From a virus (Duplodnaviria; Caudoviricetes): a stretch of 45,137 bases of DNA. A program made the position numbers and the translations under genes. The notes beneath the pieces were generated by a model. It did not search any database and was not told the DNA's origin. It saw nothing but the letters and a program-made list of their open reading frames with translations. The stretch is from IMG/VR virus record IMGVR_UViG_3300049070_000098, positions 1 through 45,137 of that record; one strand, 5' to 3'. Positions within the stretch are counted from its first letter, which is position 1. Every line of letters starts with the position of its first letter. Positions 43,830 through 45,137 of the stretch are shown in pieces.

Positions 43830-45137
43830 TTACCTCGCATAGTTGAATGTGTCTACCGCCTTTCGTTGACGATCGCTCCCATCCCTCGGCTTATGCCGAA
43901 TCGAAGTGGCCATCGTCCGAAAACCATCCGCTCCATGAGTGGCCCAGTCCCGAACCGGCCTAGTCGAGAAGCATAAATTAATGTCGTCCCACTCCTTACG
44001 ATACTCCTTCAAGCACCTGATCCCCTGCTTGCATCGGTCCTTATCAAAGATGCATCGGCTAAAGATCGACCGAACCGCCTGAATCCCATCAAGGAGCTCT
44101 ATTTTGGGGCAGATTCGGAACTTGATCCCCAGCCTGGCCGCGGCCTCAAGCCTCGACTTACCACCACCCCACTCACGGACCTTGATGTCATGAGGAGCCG
44201 TGTGGGACCCATAATTGTAGAAGCTCCTGTGCCTCGAGTGCTGCTCCTCTCCGAACAATACCGACGCATAGTGGGCCGCGCCCTCACCCGAACACTCGTA
44301 GTAGTCAATTAGCCTGATCTCGTTCATCACGAACTGAACGAACCAGATCGTGGTCGAGTCGTCCATCCCCAAATCCCAGTAGGTATGGACCGGGAGATCC
44401 GACTCGTGAAGCACTTTGCAGATTCGTCCCTCGAGGTCCGCGCGCGTCATCTCATTGCTATAGTAGGATCCCACGAGCGGTGACTCAAACGACCCAAAGA
44501 ATTCCTGCTGGACGGTCTCCTCAGGCATTCCTTCGTCCCGCTCCTTCTGGATCGCCTCATCACTCACCACCGGCGTTCCATCGTGACGCTTGGTGCCATT
44601 ATTACCAGCGATCAACTTCTCGCAGAACCACTGGCGGTTGTTCCTCGCCATCTCATAGAGGTCATAGCCATGGTTCTTTCCGCGTGGTGTATAGATGAAC
44701 AGCGCCCACCCACCATTTTCCGCAAGGATCGGCCTGATGTAATCCCAGGCGCCAGGGTCTTGTAGGGAATACTCAGACAGGACCACACCTATTGGGTTTG
44801 TCCCAACCAGCCGATTAACGTCGTCTGACCCAACCACCTGGTAGAAGCTCCCATTCTTGAAGTCCACCCTCATCTCCGTTGAATTGAAGCCCTTCGTTAG
44901 GGGCTCAGGTATGAACGACAGGAAGGATCGCTCCTCCTTCGTAATACCATTCCACACGATCGCTCGGCCCTGCTTATATGTGGGTAGGACGTGCCAATAA
45001 GTTCCCACACGCTCCTGGGATTTGCACGTGCAAAGATTCAATGCCATCAGGTCCTTACCTGCTCGACGATGCCACACACAACATCCCCTCAACCCGGGGA
45101 TATTCTGCTGCATGTAGGTCCACGCAGGTATCTGGTA
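43830..45137 (-). CDS. terL: Terminase large subunit (start at 210, across the junction)
   Basis: HRRAGKD Walker A, VVLSEY Walker B, YTPRG, WDLG..DST nuclease and H.ADGFR. Confidence 0.95.
   Translation of the reverse strand, partial: YQIPAWTYMQQNIPGLRGCCVWHRRAGKDLMALNLCTCKSQERVGTYWHVLPTYKQGRAIVWNGITKEERSFLSFIPEPLTKGFNSTEMRVDFKNGSFYQVVGSDDVNRLVGTNPIGVVLSEYSLQDPGAWDYIRPILAENGGWALFIYTPRGKNHGYDLYEMARNNRQWFCEKLIAGNNGTKRHDGTPVVSDEAIQKERDEGMPEETVQQEFFGSFESPLVGSYYSNEMTRADLEGRICKVLHESDLPVHTYWDLGMDDSTTIWFVQFVMNEIRLIDYYECSGEGAAHYASVLFGEEQHSRHRSFYNYGSHTAPHDIKVREWGGGKSRLEAAARLGIKFRICPKIELLDGIQAVRSIFSRCIFDKDRCKQGIRCLKEYRKEWDDINLCFSTRPVRDWATHGADGFRTMATSIRHKPRDGSDRQRKAVDTFNYAR
44967..45137. repeat. Terminal direct repeat, right copy
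   Basis: Matches 1-171 with one mismatch. Confidence 0.97.

Noticed and set aside
1-45137. Stop-codon reassignment, introns/inteins, integrase, phage RNA polymerase or diversity-generating retroelement
   Set aside because: Core genes are full length and uninterrupted in the standard code; no recombinase, RNAP or reverse-transcriptase motifs were seen

Overview
The window is an apparently complete, circularly permuted genome of a tailed dsDNA phage with podovirus-type virion genes. Bases 1-171 repeat at 44967-45137 with one mismatch, giving a unit length of about 44,966 bp. The large terminase is split across this junction. There are two divergent arms separated by a roughly 1 kb non-coding control region (about 1060-2100). 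The + arm (2.1-22.4 kb) holds small early genes, a cluster of structured RNAs including an aberrant tRNA-like element, and an ATP-dependent ligase. It also carries a nucleotide-modification operon (SAM methyltransferase, MazG-like pyrophosphatase, dNMP kinase, thymidylate-synthase-fold enzyme with the dCMP-type Asp) coupled to a family A polymerase, followed by a primase, a UDG-like protein, and UvrD and SNF2 helicases. The - arm encodes terminase, portal, scaffold, capsid, tail tubular proteins, internal virion proteins and beta-helix fibres. No integrase, phage RNA polymerase, CRISPR array or recognisable endolysin was seen. The most notable signals are: (1) a probable cytosine-replacement or hypermodification pathway with an extra small-molecule-type methyltransferase; (2) four structured ncRNA candidates within 1.3 kb; (3) a sharply bounded G-poor, C/A-rich early region; (4) a family of TTTAC-N17 promoters, several driving leaderless mRNAs; (5) a head-spike-like module whose LGLGLG anchor is at the C-terminus. 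A Verrucomicrobia-like host is inferred but not proven. All calls come from reading motifs by eye; no database search was run.
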